Part shown: positions 55,813 to 64,000 of the stretch, one piece after another | Numbering within the stretch: the first letter of the stretch is position 1 | How the letters are laid out: each line of letters opens with the position of its first letter | NCBI GenBank assembly: GCA_003242955.1 | Contig: QJPH01000143.1 | Span: 15,679 to 79,678, forward strand | Reading direction: 5' to 3' | Length of the DNA stretch: 64,000 nucleotides | Source: Candidatus Methylumidiphilus alinenensis | Lineage (GTDB): Bacteria; Pseudomonadota; Gammaproteobacteria; Methylococcales; Methylococcaceae | Translations under genes and position numbers: made by a program | The notes under the pieces: model-generated | What the model was told of the DNA's origin: nothing | Database searches by the model: none | The model's input: the letters and a program-made list of their open reading frames with translations, nothing else

Positions 55813-56181
55813 TCAGGGTGTCTCGGTTACGGCAGGCGCCTGATGTTTTTTCACTTCGCCGCGTTGAATGCGGACATACTCTTCAAGTTGACGCTTAGCC
55901 ACATCGAAAGCGTCGCGCAGTGCCACGTACAAATCCTCATGCGATTGCTTGTCGTGTCGCTCGCGGCTGATCACGATATGCTTGTTGGGTACGCTGAGGT
56001 CGATGCGGACGTGGAAGAGATTACCTTGTTGCTGGTGTTGGTGATCGAGTTCAACAGCGACCCTGCAACTGATGATGTTGTCACAGAACTGCTCCAGTTT
56101 AGCCGCTTTTTCGCGGATTTTTGATTCTGCGGCATCGGAATGGCCTATGCCGTGAAATGTAATCTCTAGTGGTACTTGCAT
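55813..56181 (-). CDS. hpf: Ribosome hibernation-promoting factor / RaiA family protein
   Basis: The start is set at ATG 56181 (MQVPLEITFHGIGHSDAAESKIREKAAKLEQF). The pattern is typical of a sigma-54 modulation protein fold. Length is 122 aa. Confidence 0.75.
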   Translation of the reverse strand: MQVPLEITFHGIGHSDAAESKIREKAAKLEQFCDNIISCRVAVELDHQHQQQGNLFHVRIDLSVPNKHIVISRERHDKQSHEDLYVALRDAFDVAKRQLEEYVRIQRGEVKKHQAPAVTETP

Positions 56182-56421
56182 GTTGTAACCCGTTATTTCC
56201 AATGGTTTGAAAACCAGGGAAGATTTGCCGGACGCATGGGCGGTCAATGCACGACCATTGTCCAAAACGTCCAGTTGACACTGGATTGAATCCAGCTTTT
56301 AGGACTTCCCCGTTGTTTATACTCGCCGATGGGTACCGGCGGGGCTAATGTCCAAGCCGAAACAGATTATAGTAATAATTTGGCTTGACCGGGTAGAATA
56401 TAATTATTTAAAAATCTGTAG

Positions 56422-57054
56422 ATGATGGAACCAAAAAACATATGGGCAGTTAAGCTCGGCGGTAGCTTGGCGGATTCCTATTGTTTAATCCCTTGGTTGG
56501 AAGCCTTAAGCCAAACTAGTGCCATCATCGTACCCGGCGGGGGGCTGTTTGCCGATGCGGTACGGCAGGCCCAAATGCACTGGCATTTCGACGAACAGAC
56601 AGCGCATCACATGGCAATATTGGCGATGCGGCAATATGGGCGGATGCTAGCCGGGCTTTGCCCCAAACTCGTCATGGCAACGACCTTGGAAAACTTGGTC
56701 AACCACATCGGACATGCAGTAGTCTGGCTTCCTGACCCCGAAACACTGGATGAAGCGGGCATACCGGCCACTTGGGATATCTCTTCCGACAGCCTAGCTG
56801 CCTGGCTGTCCAATAAGCTTTGTGTTGAAAATTTATTACTAGTGAAGTCCATTGCGGAACTAGACAAACCCGACGACAAAGCCCGTGAACTGACTGCCAT
56901 ACAGGCGGCAGAGGCTGGCTGGGTCGATCCAGCCTTTAACCAGTATGCTATGAACCAGCCATTTAAAAGCTGGCTTTGCGGACCTGAAGCCTACGCCAAC
57001 CTGCCAAAAGGGTTCATCGAACCCGCCCGTTCTTTCATCCTGCTGCGCCCGTAA
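56422..57054 (+). CDS. Amino-acid kinase (aspartate/glutamate/uridylate kinase) fold protein
   Basis: VKLGGSL start motif and IVPGGGLFADAVR. Length is 210 aa. A link to methanopterin-type cofactor synthesis is only a guess. Confidence 0.55.
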   Translation: MMEPKNIWAVKLGGSLADSYCLIPWLEALSQTSAIIVPGGGLFADAVRQAQMHWHFDEQTAHHMAILAMRQYGRMLAGLCPKLVMATTLENLVNHIGHAVVWLPDPETLDEAGIPATWDISSDSLAAWLSNKLCVENLLLVKSIAELDKPDDKARELTAIQAAEAGWVDPAFNQYAMNQPFKSWLCGPEAYANLPKGFIEPARSFILLRP

Positions 57055-57258
57055 ATTGAGGTGGGCTAGGCGCACACTGGAAATGCCAATTTTTCATTGA
57101 GGTTGATGTGCACCCGTAGCCCACCAAAGCCAGACACTTGTTTAGAGCAAAGTCGAATTTTTGTGTGAAACTTGGAAATTACCGGGCAAAGTTTTCGGCT
57201 TTTCCCAATCGGCTGTTAAAATGCATAATCTGCTACACACACCCCAGAGAGTAATGCC

Positions 57259-58476
57259 ATGAATCGTAGAAACACCGTCGGAGTCAAGGTCGGTCGCGTC
57301 CAGATCGGCGGCGGCGCGCCTGTCGTCGTCCAGTCCATGACCAATACCGACACGGCCGACATTGAAGGGACCGTACAGCAAGTTTATGAACTGGCCCGTG
57401 CCGGCTCGGAACTGGTCCGCATCACGGTGGACAGGGACGAGTCTGCCGCCGCCGTCGCGCATATTCGTGAAAAACTGGATGCAAGGGGCTGCGACGTGCC
57501 GCTGATCGGAGACTTCCACTTCAACGGTCATAAATTGCTGGAGTCCTACCCTGACTGTGCCGAGGCACTGGGCAAGTACCGCATCAACCCCGGCAACGTA
57601 GGCCGAGGTTCCAAGCGCGACCCGCAATTTGCACAAATGGTCGAATTCGCCTGCCGCTACAACAAGCCAGTGCGCATTGGCGTCAACTGGGGCAGCCTTG
57701 ATCAAAGCGTGTTGGCCCGGTTGCTGGATGAAAACGCGCAGTTGGACGAACCCCAACCGTTGCCTGAAGTAATGCGCGAGGCGGTCATCACTTCCGCTTT
57801 GGAAAGCGCCGACAAGGCAGTGGAACTGGGCCTGCCCAAAGACCGTATCGTCTTGTCGTGCAAGATGAGCGGGGTGCAAGAGTTGATTGCTGTTTACGAA
57901 TCCATGGCTGCCCGCACAGATTATGCGTTGCACCTAGGTTTGACCGAAGCCGGCATGGGCTCTAAGGGTATCGTTGCCTCAACTGCGGCCCTATCTGTGT
58001 TGATGCAACAAGGCATAGGCGACACCATCCGAATTTCCCTGACCCCTGAACCGGGGGGGGATCGTAGCTTGGAAGTCATCGTCGCCCAAGAAATCCTGCA
58101 AACGCTGGGAATCCGTTCGTTTACCCCAATGGTCATCTCCTGCCCCGGTTGCGGACGCACCACCAGCGACTATTTCCAGAAATTAGCCCAGCAGATTCAA
58201 AGCCATATGCGCCACCAAATGCCGATCTGGAAAAAACAATACAAAGGCGTTGAAGAAATGCATGTTGCAGTGATGGGGTGCGTGGTCAACGGACCCGGCG
58301 AAAGCAAGAACGCGAATATCGGCATTTCCTTGCCCGGCACCGGCGAACAACCCGTCGCCCCGGTTTTCGAAGACGGAGTTAAAACCGTCACACTCAAGGG
58401 CGACAACATCGCCGGCGATTTCCAAGAAATTGTCGAACGTTATGTGCAAAGCCATTATGGGCAGACAGCAGCTTGA
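57259..58476 (+). CDS. ispG: 4-hydroxy-3-methylbut-2-en-1-yl diphosphate synthase (flavodoxin)
   Basis: [11 protein letters not shown], the RISLT region, and Fe-S ligand contexts SCPGCGRT and GCVVNGPGE. Length is 405 aa. Confidence 0.95.
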   Translation: MNRRNTVGVKVGRVQIGGGAPVVVQSMTNTDTADIEGTVQQVYELARAGSELVRITVDRDESAAAVAHIREKLDARGCDVPLIGDFHFNGHKLLESYPDCAEALGKYRINPGNVGRGSKRDPQFAQMVEFACRYNKPVRIGVNWGSLDQSVLARLLDENAQLDEPQPLPEVMREAVITSALESADKAVELGLPKDRIVLSCKMSGVQELIAVYESMAARTDYALHLGLTEAGMGSKGIVASTAALSVLMQQGIGDTIRISLTPEPGGDRSLEVIVAQEILQTLGIRSFTPMVISCPGCGRTTSDYFQKLAQQIQSHMRHQMPIWKKQYKGVEEMHVAVMGCVVNGPGESKNANIGISLPGTGEQPVAPVFEDGVKTVTLKGDNIAGDFQEIVERYVQSHYGQTAA

Positions 58477-58497
58477 GCCAAGACGATGATTGTGGCC

Positions 58498-58636
58498 CGT
58501 CATTCCGGCTGGGATGCCGGAATCCAGTCACAAGGACGTGAAACTACGGGTTGCCAAGTCACTTGAATTAAACACTTGTGCAATCGGAAAGTTACCGTCC
58601 ATGGCTCTGGATTCCGGCATCCCGGCCGGAATGACG
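58498..58636. mobile_element. MITE family C, copy 2 (139 bp)
   Basis: CGTCATTCCGGCTGGGATGCCGGAATCCAG ... CTGGATTCCGGCATCCCGGCCGGAATGACG, immediately after the ispG stop. Confidence 0.8.
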
Positions 58637-58661
58637 GCATTATAGCCAAAATGAGAATGCA

Positions 58662-58695
58662 AGACCGACTCGGTTTTTAAAAACCGAGCCGGTCT
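58662..58695. repeat. Family P palindrome, intergenic copy 4 (34 nt); possible bidirectional terminator between convergent ispG and sapC-like genes
   Basis: AGACCGACTCGGTTTTT/AAAAACCGAGCCGGTCT with one arm mismatch, followed by TTGTCTT. Confidence 0.8.
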
Positions 58696-58700
58696 TTGTC

Positions 58701-59468
58701 TTAATGCAAAGCCACTGCTGCTGGTACTTTAGCTGCTTTGCGTTCAGCCAAACGGCGGAAATTAGCCAAGGACGCAAGGTGGAAATAAATCCAAGCCAAC
58801 TCGCCAGATTTGAAAAGTTCCTGAACTTTGTCCGCATCCAATTGGAGAAGTGCGGCTTCGTCGACGGCCCAAAGCCCACTCAGGGTGAACGACTTGCCAT
58901 CTGCTGTGGCTTGGGCTTGTTGTTCCTTCAATAAACCCAAATCCACTAGTTTGCTGCAAAAATCGACGGTTCGTTGCGATTGTAAATTGTAGTCGGTCAA
59001 AAACGACAGCGTTTGGTTCAAGAAAACCGAAGGCTTGTCACCGACGAACAAGGGTTCACCTTGGTCTTCCCCCAGCCAAGGGCAGGACTCATCCACACAA
59101 ACCCATGGCTGGGTTGGGTTTTGTGGGTTGTCACCCAGCACGAAAGGATAGCGGCGCACGAAAGCAGGCACATAATTAGCTTTCCAAGCAAGCCCTTCAT
59201 CCAAAAAAAGGTTTTCTGAGTTTTCCAAGCCCAAGACCGCGACGGGGTTGAAAGTGCCATTTTCGCCTTGGGCGAATACCACTGGGTATTCCCTACAACA
59301 TTCGACAAATTCCACTCCCACTAGGGGTACGGAATTAGTGTGAGCTGCAAAGCTTTGGTCGGGCGGGGTTCCAATCTTGAGTCCACCGTGCCGCTGCGGG
59401 TTGAGTACGGTAATTTCCCGATAAAACAACAAAGTGACATTGCTCGCGTCTTGCTGATTTTCTGACAT
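58701..59468 (-). CDS. SapC family protein
   Basis: The start is set at ATG 59468 (MSENQQDASNVTLLFYREITVLNPQRHGGLKI). It carries YPVVFAQ and YVPAFVRRYPFVL motifs typical of SapC. Confidence 0.65.
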   Translation of the reverse strand: MSENQQDASNVTLLFYREITVLNPQRHGGLKIGTPPDQSFAAHTNSVPLVGVEFVECCREYPVVFAQGENGTFNPVAVLGLENSENLFLDEGLAWKANYVPAFVRRYPFVLGDNPQNPTQPWVCVDESCPWLGEDQGEPLFVGDKPSVFLNQTLSFLTDYNLQSQRTVDFCSKLVDLGLLKEQQAQATADGKSFTLSGLWAVDEAALLQLDADKVQELFKSGELAWIYFHLASLANFRRLAERKAAKVPAAVALH

Positions 59469-59716
59469 GATTTTTTCCTTATGTGGAGTTGTTTGGTGTA
59501 CAGCATTATTATATTTGTCGGACTCATGCTGCAAAATGTTACCAGAAATGCCTAATGGCTGAAACAGGCTAACATTACGTGTTTGACTTTCATCGCCGGG
59601 GATGCCAACAAATTTACACCTGAATGAATGTACGGTTTGATAAATCACTCGCAGACTACCCCTTGGATGTGCCAGAATTTACACTTAAATCGGCAGCTTG
59701 AGGAAACATTTCGGCC

Positions 59717-60745
59717 ATGAGCGATGACCCCTCCGTGAAACCCAATGCGACCAGCCCGGTCGACCCTCCCGACACCGGCACGGCGGCTCCAGACCCCTGT
59801 CGGCGCGGGGACGAGGCAACCAAAGCCATCTTGCAACGCTTGCTGAATGAATTATCGGCCAATGAGTCCGGTGTTTTGCAAAACCTAGACACCGAGTGCC
59901 TGCACGATTATCGCATTGCAGTGCGCCGCACCCGCTCCGCCCTTGACCAAATCGAGGGGATATTTCCTCGGCGGACAGTGGAGCGCTTCAGTCCCCGCTT
60001 TGCCTGGCTGGGCAAAATCACCAGCCCCCCCCGCGACTTTGATGTCTACCTGCTCGGCTTTGACGACCTAAAGGCCGGATTGCCCGAGCCTTTTCAAGAC
60101 AGCATTGAACCGCTGCGCCTTTTCCTGAAGCGCCATTGCGACCTCGCACATCGTGAATTGGAGCGGCAAATCCGTTCCTCACGCTATCGCACGCTGTTGA
60201 CCAGTTGGGAAAAGTTTCTCATGCTGCCCTGCCCAAAAAGACCGCAAGCCCCCAATGCATTGACACCCATCAAGCAAATTGCCGATTTGCGCATCTGGAA
60301 GCTATTCCGTCGAGTACTGAAACAAGGCCGTGGCATACTCCCCGGCACGCCTGCGGAAAACATCCACGAATTGCGCAAAACCTGCAAGAAATTGCGTTAT
60401 ATGCTTGAGTTTTTCCGCGACCTCCACGCGCCCGAAGAAATCGACAAGCCCATCAAACAACTGAAGAAACTCCAGAATTACCTAGGCGATTTTCAGGATG
60501 TCCACGCCCGTATCGACATGCTGCGCGGCATCAGCCATGAAATGCGCAATGATGCGACAGTCTCCACCGAAACTTTGCTGGCCCTAGGCGGCTTGTTAGC
60601 CTCGCTGGATAACCGACAAACTGCTTTGCGAGTGGAGTTTCCCGAGCATTTCGACCCATTTTCCAATTCCCGCAACCGGGAGCGGTTTAAGGAGTTGTTT
60701 AAGCCTGCGCCTTCGATTAAGACTTTGGAGCCTGAGGAGGAATAG
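59717..60745 (+). CDS. CHAD domain-containing protein
   Basis: LHDYRIAVRRTRSAL and IHELRKTCKKLRYMLEFF helices are typical of CHAD. Length is 342 aa. Confidence 0.75.
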   Translation: MSDDPSVKPNATSPVDPPDTGTAAPDPCRRGDEATKAILQRLLNELSANESGVLQNLDTECLHDYRIAVRRTRSALDQIEGIFPRRTVERFSPRFAWLGKITSPPRDFDVYLLGFDDLKAGLPEPFQDSIEPLRLFLKRHCDLAHRELERQIRSSRYRTLLTSWEKFLMLPCPKRPQAPNALTPIKQIADLRIWKLFRRVLKQGRGILPGTPAENIHELRKTCKKLRYMLEFFRDLHAPEEIDKPIKQLKKLQNYLGDFQDVHARIDMLRGISHEMRNDATVSTETLLALGGLLASLDNRQTALRVEFPEHFDPFSNSRNRERFKELFKPAPSIKTLEPEEE

Positions 60746-60802
60746 GGAAACCAAAAGAAAGTCTCACGCAAAGGCGCAACGACGCAACGTAAAGAATAAA
60801 TT

Positions 60803-60904
60803 ATGGCTTACCGAACCACCCTATTTCTCTCCCATGCCACCACCAACGACGCATTCGTCCATGACTTGCAACAAGCCTTGCAAGATTCATCAAGTAACTA
60901 TTAG
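60803..60904 (+). pseudogene. 33-codon remnant resembling the N-terminus of a TIR-like domain protein
   Basis: My translation is MAYRTTLFLSHATTNDAFVHDLQQALQDSSSNY*. The LFLSHA..D.F...L pattern matches the first strand and helix of TIR-type domains. It is truncated 19 nt before the cupin gene. Confidence 0.3.
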
Positions 60905-60923
60905 ATGTTGAAAACGCTGTAAC

Positions 60924-61433
60924 ATGCATCCCCGCGCCGCAGAATTGATCCACTTGCTTGACTTGGAACCGCACCCTGAAGGCGGTTATTATCGCCGCAT
61001 CCATCGTTCTGAAAGCCGGGTGCTGCGCGAGGCGGACGGCATCGGACGAAGAGCGTTGACTTCGATTTATTATCTGTTGACGGAAGGCTCCCTTAGCCGC
61101 TGGCACCGGGTTTGCGCCGATGAGGCATGGCACCATTATGAAGGAGCGCCGCTGGAGTTGTTGGTTTTCGAGGCGGATGGCTCGCTCACTTTATCGCACA
61201 GGCTGGGACCGTTACTGGAGGGAGACACGCCTGCTTATGTCGTCCCCGCTGGTTGGTGGCAAGCTGCTCGGCCCCTTGGAGCCTATTCGCTAGTCGGCTG
61301 CACAGTAGGGCCCGGTTTCGAGTTTGCAGACTTCACCCTCCTAGCCGACTTGCCCGAGGAGGAAAGACCGGCATCCCCAAGCTTTGCCGATTTTGAGTTA
61401 TTTCTACCGTGTCCAAACTGTAGTTTATATTAA
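60924..61433 (+). CDS. Cupin (DUF985) domain protein
   Basis: LEPHPEGGYYRRIHRS and WHRV...AWHHYEG motifs. Length is 169 aa. Confidence 0.75.
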   Translation: MHPRAAELIHLLDLEPHPEGGYYRRIHRSESRVLREADGIGRRALTSIYYLLTEGSLSRWHRVCADEAWHHYEGAPLELLVFEADGSLTLSHRLGPLLEGDTPAYVVPAGWWQAARPLGAYSLVGCTVGPGFEFADFTLLADLPEEERPASPSFADFELFLPCPNCSLY

Positions 61434-62083
61434 TAGGCCTTCGCCCTAAAATTCGCCGGAACGTCTAACTCGAATACTTCGTCGTGAATGCGGGCGACAT
61501 AAAAACCGGCTTTTAAAATGCGCTCCCTCAATTCGTCAGAACAATCAACTGCCGCTAAAATGCCATAAACCGCTTTGTCTTTGTGTTCGGGGAAAAATCG
61601 GCGAAACCTTTCCAGAATAGTCCGTAATTGGTCTATGGATTCTTCCTTTACATGGCTTTTCACTTCGACCACATAGGCTTCGTTGACCTCACTATTGGCA
61701 TAGGCCAATACGTCGATCTCCATACTTTCTCCTTGCTTTTTGACGCGGACGCTAGGACTAATCACTTCCATCCCAAATCGCGCAGACAAAATCTTGGTCA
61801 TTGACGGCAAGGCCAAGCCTTCGGTGAAACTACCGAACTTTTTCCCCAATCCGCCAATTTGTTTGCCCAGTTCTTTTATTTCACTGGCCGTCTCCTTCAT
61901 TTGACGATCAGTCTCCTTCATTTGACGATCAGTCTCCTTCATTTGACGATCAGTTTCCTTCATTTGACGATCAGTTTCCTGCATTTGCTTGGCTGTTTCT
62001 TGTTGTGCGACAGCCAAACTTGCAACCAAAGTTTTCAGTTCTTCATCGGTCATGGATTTACTCTTGTTTAAAAAATTAGTCAC
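61430..62083 (-). CDS. Coiled-coil heptad-repeat protein with a C-terminal PD-(D/E)XK-like nuclease fold
   Basis: The N-terminal region is QETAKQMQETDRQMKETDRQMKETDRQMKETDRQMKETASEIKE. The C-terminal region MEIDVLAYAN...AYVVEVKSHV fits a D...ExK motif. Confidence 0.5.
   Translation of the reverse strand: MTNFLNKSKSMTDEELKTLVASLAVAQQETAKQMQETDRQMKETDRQMKETDRQMKETDRQMKETASEIKELGKQIGGLGKKFGSFTEGLALPSMTKILSARFGMEVISPSVRVKKQGESMEIDVLAYANSEVNEAYVVEVKSHVKEESIDQLRTILERFRRFFPEHKDKAVYGILAAVDCSDELRERILKAGFYVARIHDEVFELDVPANFRAKAY
61890..61973. repeat. Four tandem 21-bp repeats (GTYTCCTTCATTTGACGATCA), plus a degenerate fifth unit to 61994, inside the CDS
   Basis: Three units are identical and one has a single substitution, all read directly. 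They encode the heptad KETDRQM on the minus strand. Confidence 0.9.
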
Positions 62084-62129
62084 TACGACTCCAACCTTCG
62101 GCGTCTAATCCCGTTTCACCCGAATAGGT

Positions 62130-63350
62130 TTAGTCGAAGCGGTATTCCTTGGGTACCACAATCACCCCTTTGGCTGATACGGCAAACCGCTCCCTGTCCT
62201 TAGCTTCATCAAAACCAATTTGTTCGCCTGGTGGAATATTCACCTCTTTATCGACAATAGCGTTGCGGACCTTCGCGCCCTTGCCAACGATGACATTGTC
62301 AAACAGCAAGGATTCCTCGACGACAGCGCCTTCCTCCACGCGGACCCGCGACGACAGGATCGAATGGCGCACATAACCCCCCTGAATTACCGTGCCGCTG
62401 CCGAGAATGGAGTTGATCAATAATCCATCCATGCCGTTTTCGCTGGGAACCATCCGCGCCGGCGGGCTTTGGCTATGATAGGTGCGAATGGCCCAGTCTG
62501 CTTGGTAAAGGTCAAGCGGGGGTACGGGCTTTAGCAAATCCATGTTAGCTTCGTAATAGGAGTCGATAGTTCCCACATCACGCCAGTAGCGGTCAGGCGT
62601 GACGCGTCCCCGTGAACCGCCAAAACGGTAGGCAAAAACCTTGTGTGTTTTGATCATGCGTGGAATCAAATCCTTGCCGAAATCATGGCTGGAATCTGCA
62701 CAAACATTGTCGGCTTTTAATTCTCTCGCCAGCGAGTCCATGGAGAAGACATATATACCCATCGACACGAGGGCTTTATCTGGATCATCCGGTATGGGGA
62801 AAGGTTCGCTTGGCTTTTCTTGAAACGCTACAATCCGTTTGTCTTCGTCAATCGACATGACACCGAATGCATGAGCCTCTCCAATGGGGACTCTCATGCA
62901 AGCCACTGTCAAATCAGCTTGCTTTTCTTCATGGGCTTTGATTAGAGCGGCATAGTCCATCCGATAAATATGGTCGGCGGCCAGGATCAATATTTTTTTG
63001 GCCCCACTGCGCTGAAGGAGAAACAAGTTTTGATAAATGGCATCGGCAGTGCCACTGTACCATAACGCGCCGGCCCGCATCTGCGGGGGGACCATGGTGA
63101 TGTATTCGCCGCGCTCTGGGTTGAATATGGACCAACCATCGCGCAGATGCTTTTGTAGCGAATGGTATTTGTACTGCGTCAATACCAGTATGCGGGTGAC
63201 ACCAGAATGCAGACAGTTGGACAGTGTGAAGTCAATGATCCGATATTTACCCCCGAATGGCACTGCCGGCTTGGCCCGTTCTGCGGTCAATGGTTGCAAC
63301 CTCTGCCCACTGCCTCCGGCGAGGAGCATCGTTAAGGTGTTTTCCGGCAT
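62130..63350 (-). CDS. glgC: Glucose-1-phosphate adenylyltransferase
   Basis: LLAGGSGQRLQPLTAERAKPAVPFGGKYRIIDFTLSNC start and a C-terminal left-handed beta-helix region. Length is 406 aa. Confidence 0.9.
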   Translation of the reverse strand: MPENTLTMLLAGGSGQRLQPLTAERAKPAVPFGGKYRIIDFTLSNCLHSGVTRILVLTQYKYHSLQKHLRDGWSIFNPERGEYITMVPPQMRAGALWYSGTADAIYQNLFLLQRSGAKKILILAADHIYRMDYAALIKAHEEKQADLTVACMRVPIGEAHAFGVMSIDEDKRIVAFQEKPSEPFPIPDDPDKALVSMGIYVFSMDSLARELKADNVCADSSHDFGKDLIPRMIKTHKVFAYRFGGSRGRVTPDRYWRDVGTIDSYYEANMDLLKPVPPLDLYQADWAIRTYHSQSPPARMVPSENGMDGLLINSILGSGTVIQGGYVRHSILSSRVRVEEGAVVEESLLFDNVIVGKGAKVRNAIVDKEVNIPPGEQIGFDEAKDRERFAVSAKGVIVVPKEYRFD

Positions 63351-63424
63351 GGCGACTCCTGATTTTCGTTAAGCTAATTGTGCAAGGTTTCAGTCCCTAT
63401 TGGTCATATTAGTTTCATAATATA

Positions 63425-64000
63425 TCAAAACCCAAACAACTCCCGCAGTTTTTTCCCAGGCTCATCGGCTTTCATAAATGCCTCGCCTACCAGAAAGGCG
63501 TGAACTCCATGTTCACGCATCAACGCCACATCAGTCGGCGAAAGTATGCCGCTTTCGGTCACGACAATGCGGTCATCGGGGATGGACCACAGCAGTTCCA
63601 AGGTAGTATGCAGCGAAACGCCAAACGTGCGCAAGTTGCGGTTGTTAATGCCGACTAGTTTTAAATTCAGATTTAATGCACGGTGAAGCTCGTCTGCGTC
63701 ATGCACCTCCACCAGCACATCCATTCCTAGTTCACCGGCCAGTTGTGCCAGTTCGGCCAATTTATGGTCATCCAATGCGGCTGCGATCAGCAGTATGCAA
63801 TCCGCCCCGATGGCCCTCGCTTCGACCACTTGGTAAGCGTCAATCAAAAAGTCCTTGCGGATAACCGGCAGGGTGCAAGCACTGCGGGCCTGTCGTAGAT
63901 ACGCCTCGCTGCCATGGAAAAAGTCCTGGTCGGTCAACACCGACAGGCAGGCCGCACCGCCCGTGGCGTAACTTTGCGCTATTTCGGCGGGGCGGAAGTC
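63425..64000 (-). CDS. trpC: Indole-3-glycerol phosphate synthase (5' end beyond the right edge of the window)
   Basis: [19 protein letters not shown] and ESGI motifs are present. The reading frame remains open upstream of the tracked Met to position 64000. Confidence 0.85.
   Translation of the reverse strand, partial: DFRPAEIAQSYATGGAACLSVLTDQDFFHGSEAYLRQARSACTLPVIRKDFLIDAYQVVEARAIGADCILLIAAALDDHKLAELAQLAGELGMDVLVEVHDADELHRALNLNLKLVGINNRNLRTFGVSLHTTLELLWSIPDDRIVVTESGILSPTDVALMREHGVHAFLVGEAFMKADEPGKKLRELFGF

Noticed and set aside
57142-57933. 263-aa minus-strand ORF
   Set aside because: It is entirely antisense to the strongly conserved ispG CDS. Its composition is low-complexity (Ala/Gly/Arg/Val-rich) and shows no motifs.
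61890-61994. 21-bp tandem repeats as a regulatory iteron or mini-CRISPR
   Set aside because: The units are directly abutting without spacers. They lie inside an open reading frame and encode a clean heptad repeat.

Overview
This is a 64-kb chromosomal window that looks gammaproteobacterial. My by-eye impression is roughly 50-55% GC, not computed. The gene content (folE2, an amino-acid-kinase-fold gene beside ispG, glgC, and the conserved tsaC-topA-smg-dprA / def-fmt-rsmB-DUF4390-ntrYX-trkA backbone) would fit a Methylococcales-type methanotroph, but that is a guess I cannot verify here.

The housekeeping backbone is broken by three accessory regions:
1. At the left edge, a DUF4062-NACHT STAND NTPase (1-1824, minus). 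It is missing from the ORF track because its stop lies outside the window.
2. A roughly 9.3-kb Type I restriction-modification operon (10194-19485) next to tRNA-Pro(CGG). It carries two embedded Fic genes and an untracked 52-aa VbhA-like antitoxin.
3. A visibly AT-rich, tightly packed five-gene minus-strand operon (39387-50049). It encodes two GH57-like paralogues, a ~1552-aa protein with two beta-propeller-like regions and a C-terminal P-loop ATPase, an AAA-like ATPase, and a TIR-CHAT fusion. I consider this the best candidate for an undescribed NTPase-driven conflict (defence) system.

The window is also saturated with at least nine families of MITE/REP-like elements. Several are nested with clean target-site duplications. 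Some sit in frame inside protein-coding genes: two 33-nt palindromes in the NACHT gene and a 92-nt MITE derivative in rlmKL. rlmKL also shows an apparent 1-nt frameshift near codon 49.

All domain calls come from motif reading by eye. No database search was run.
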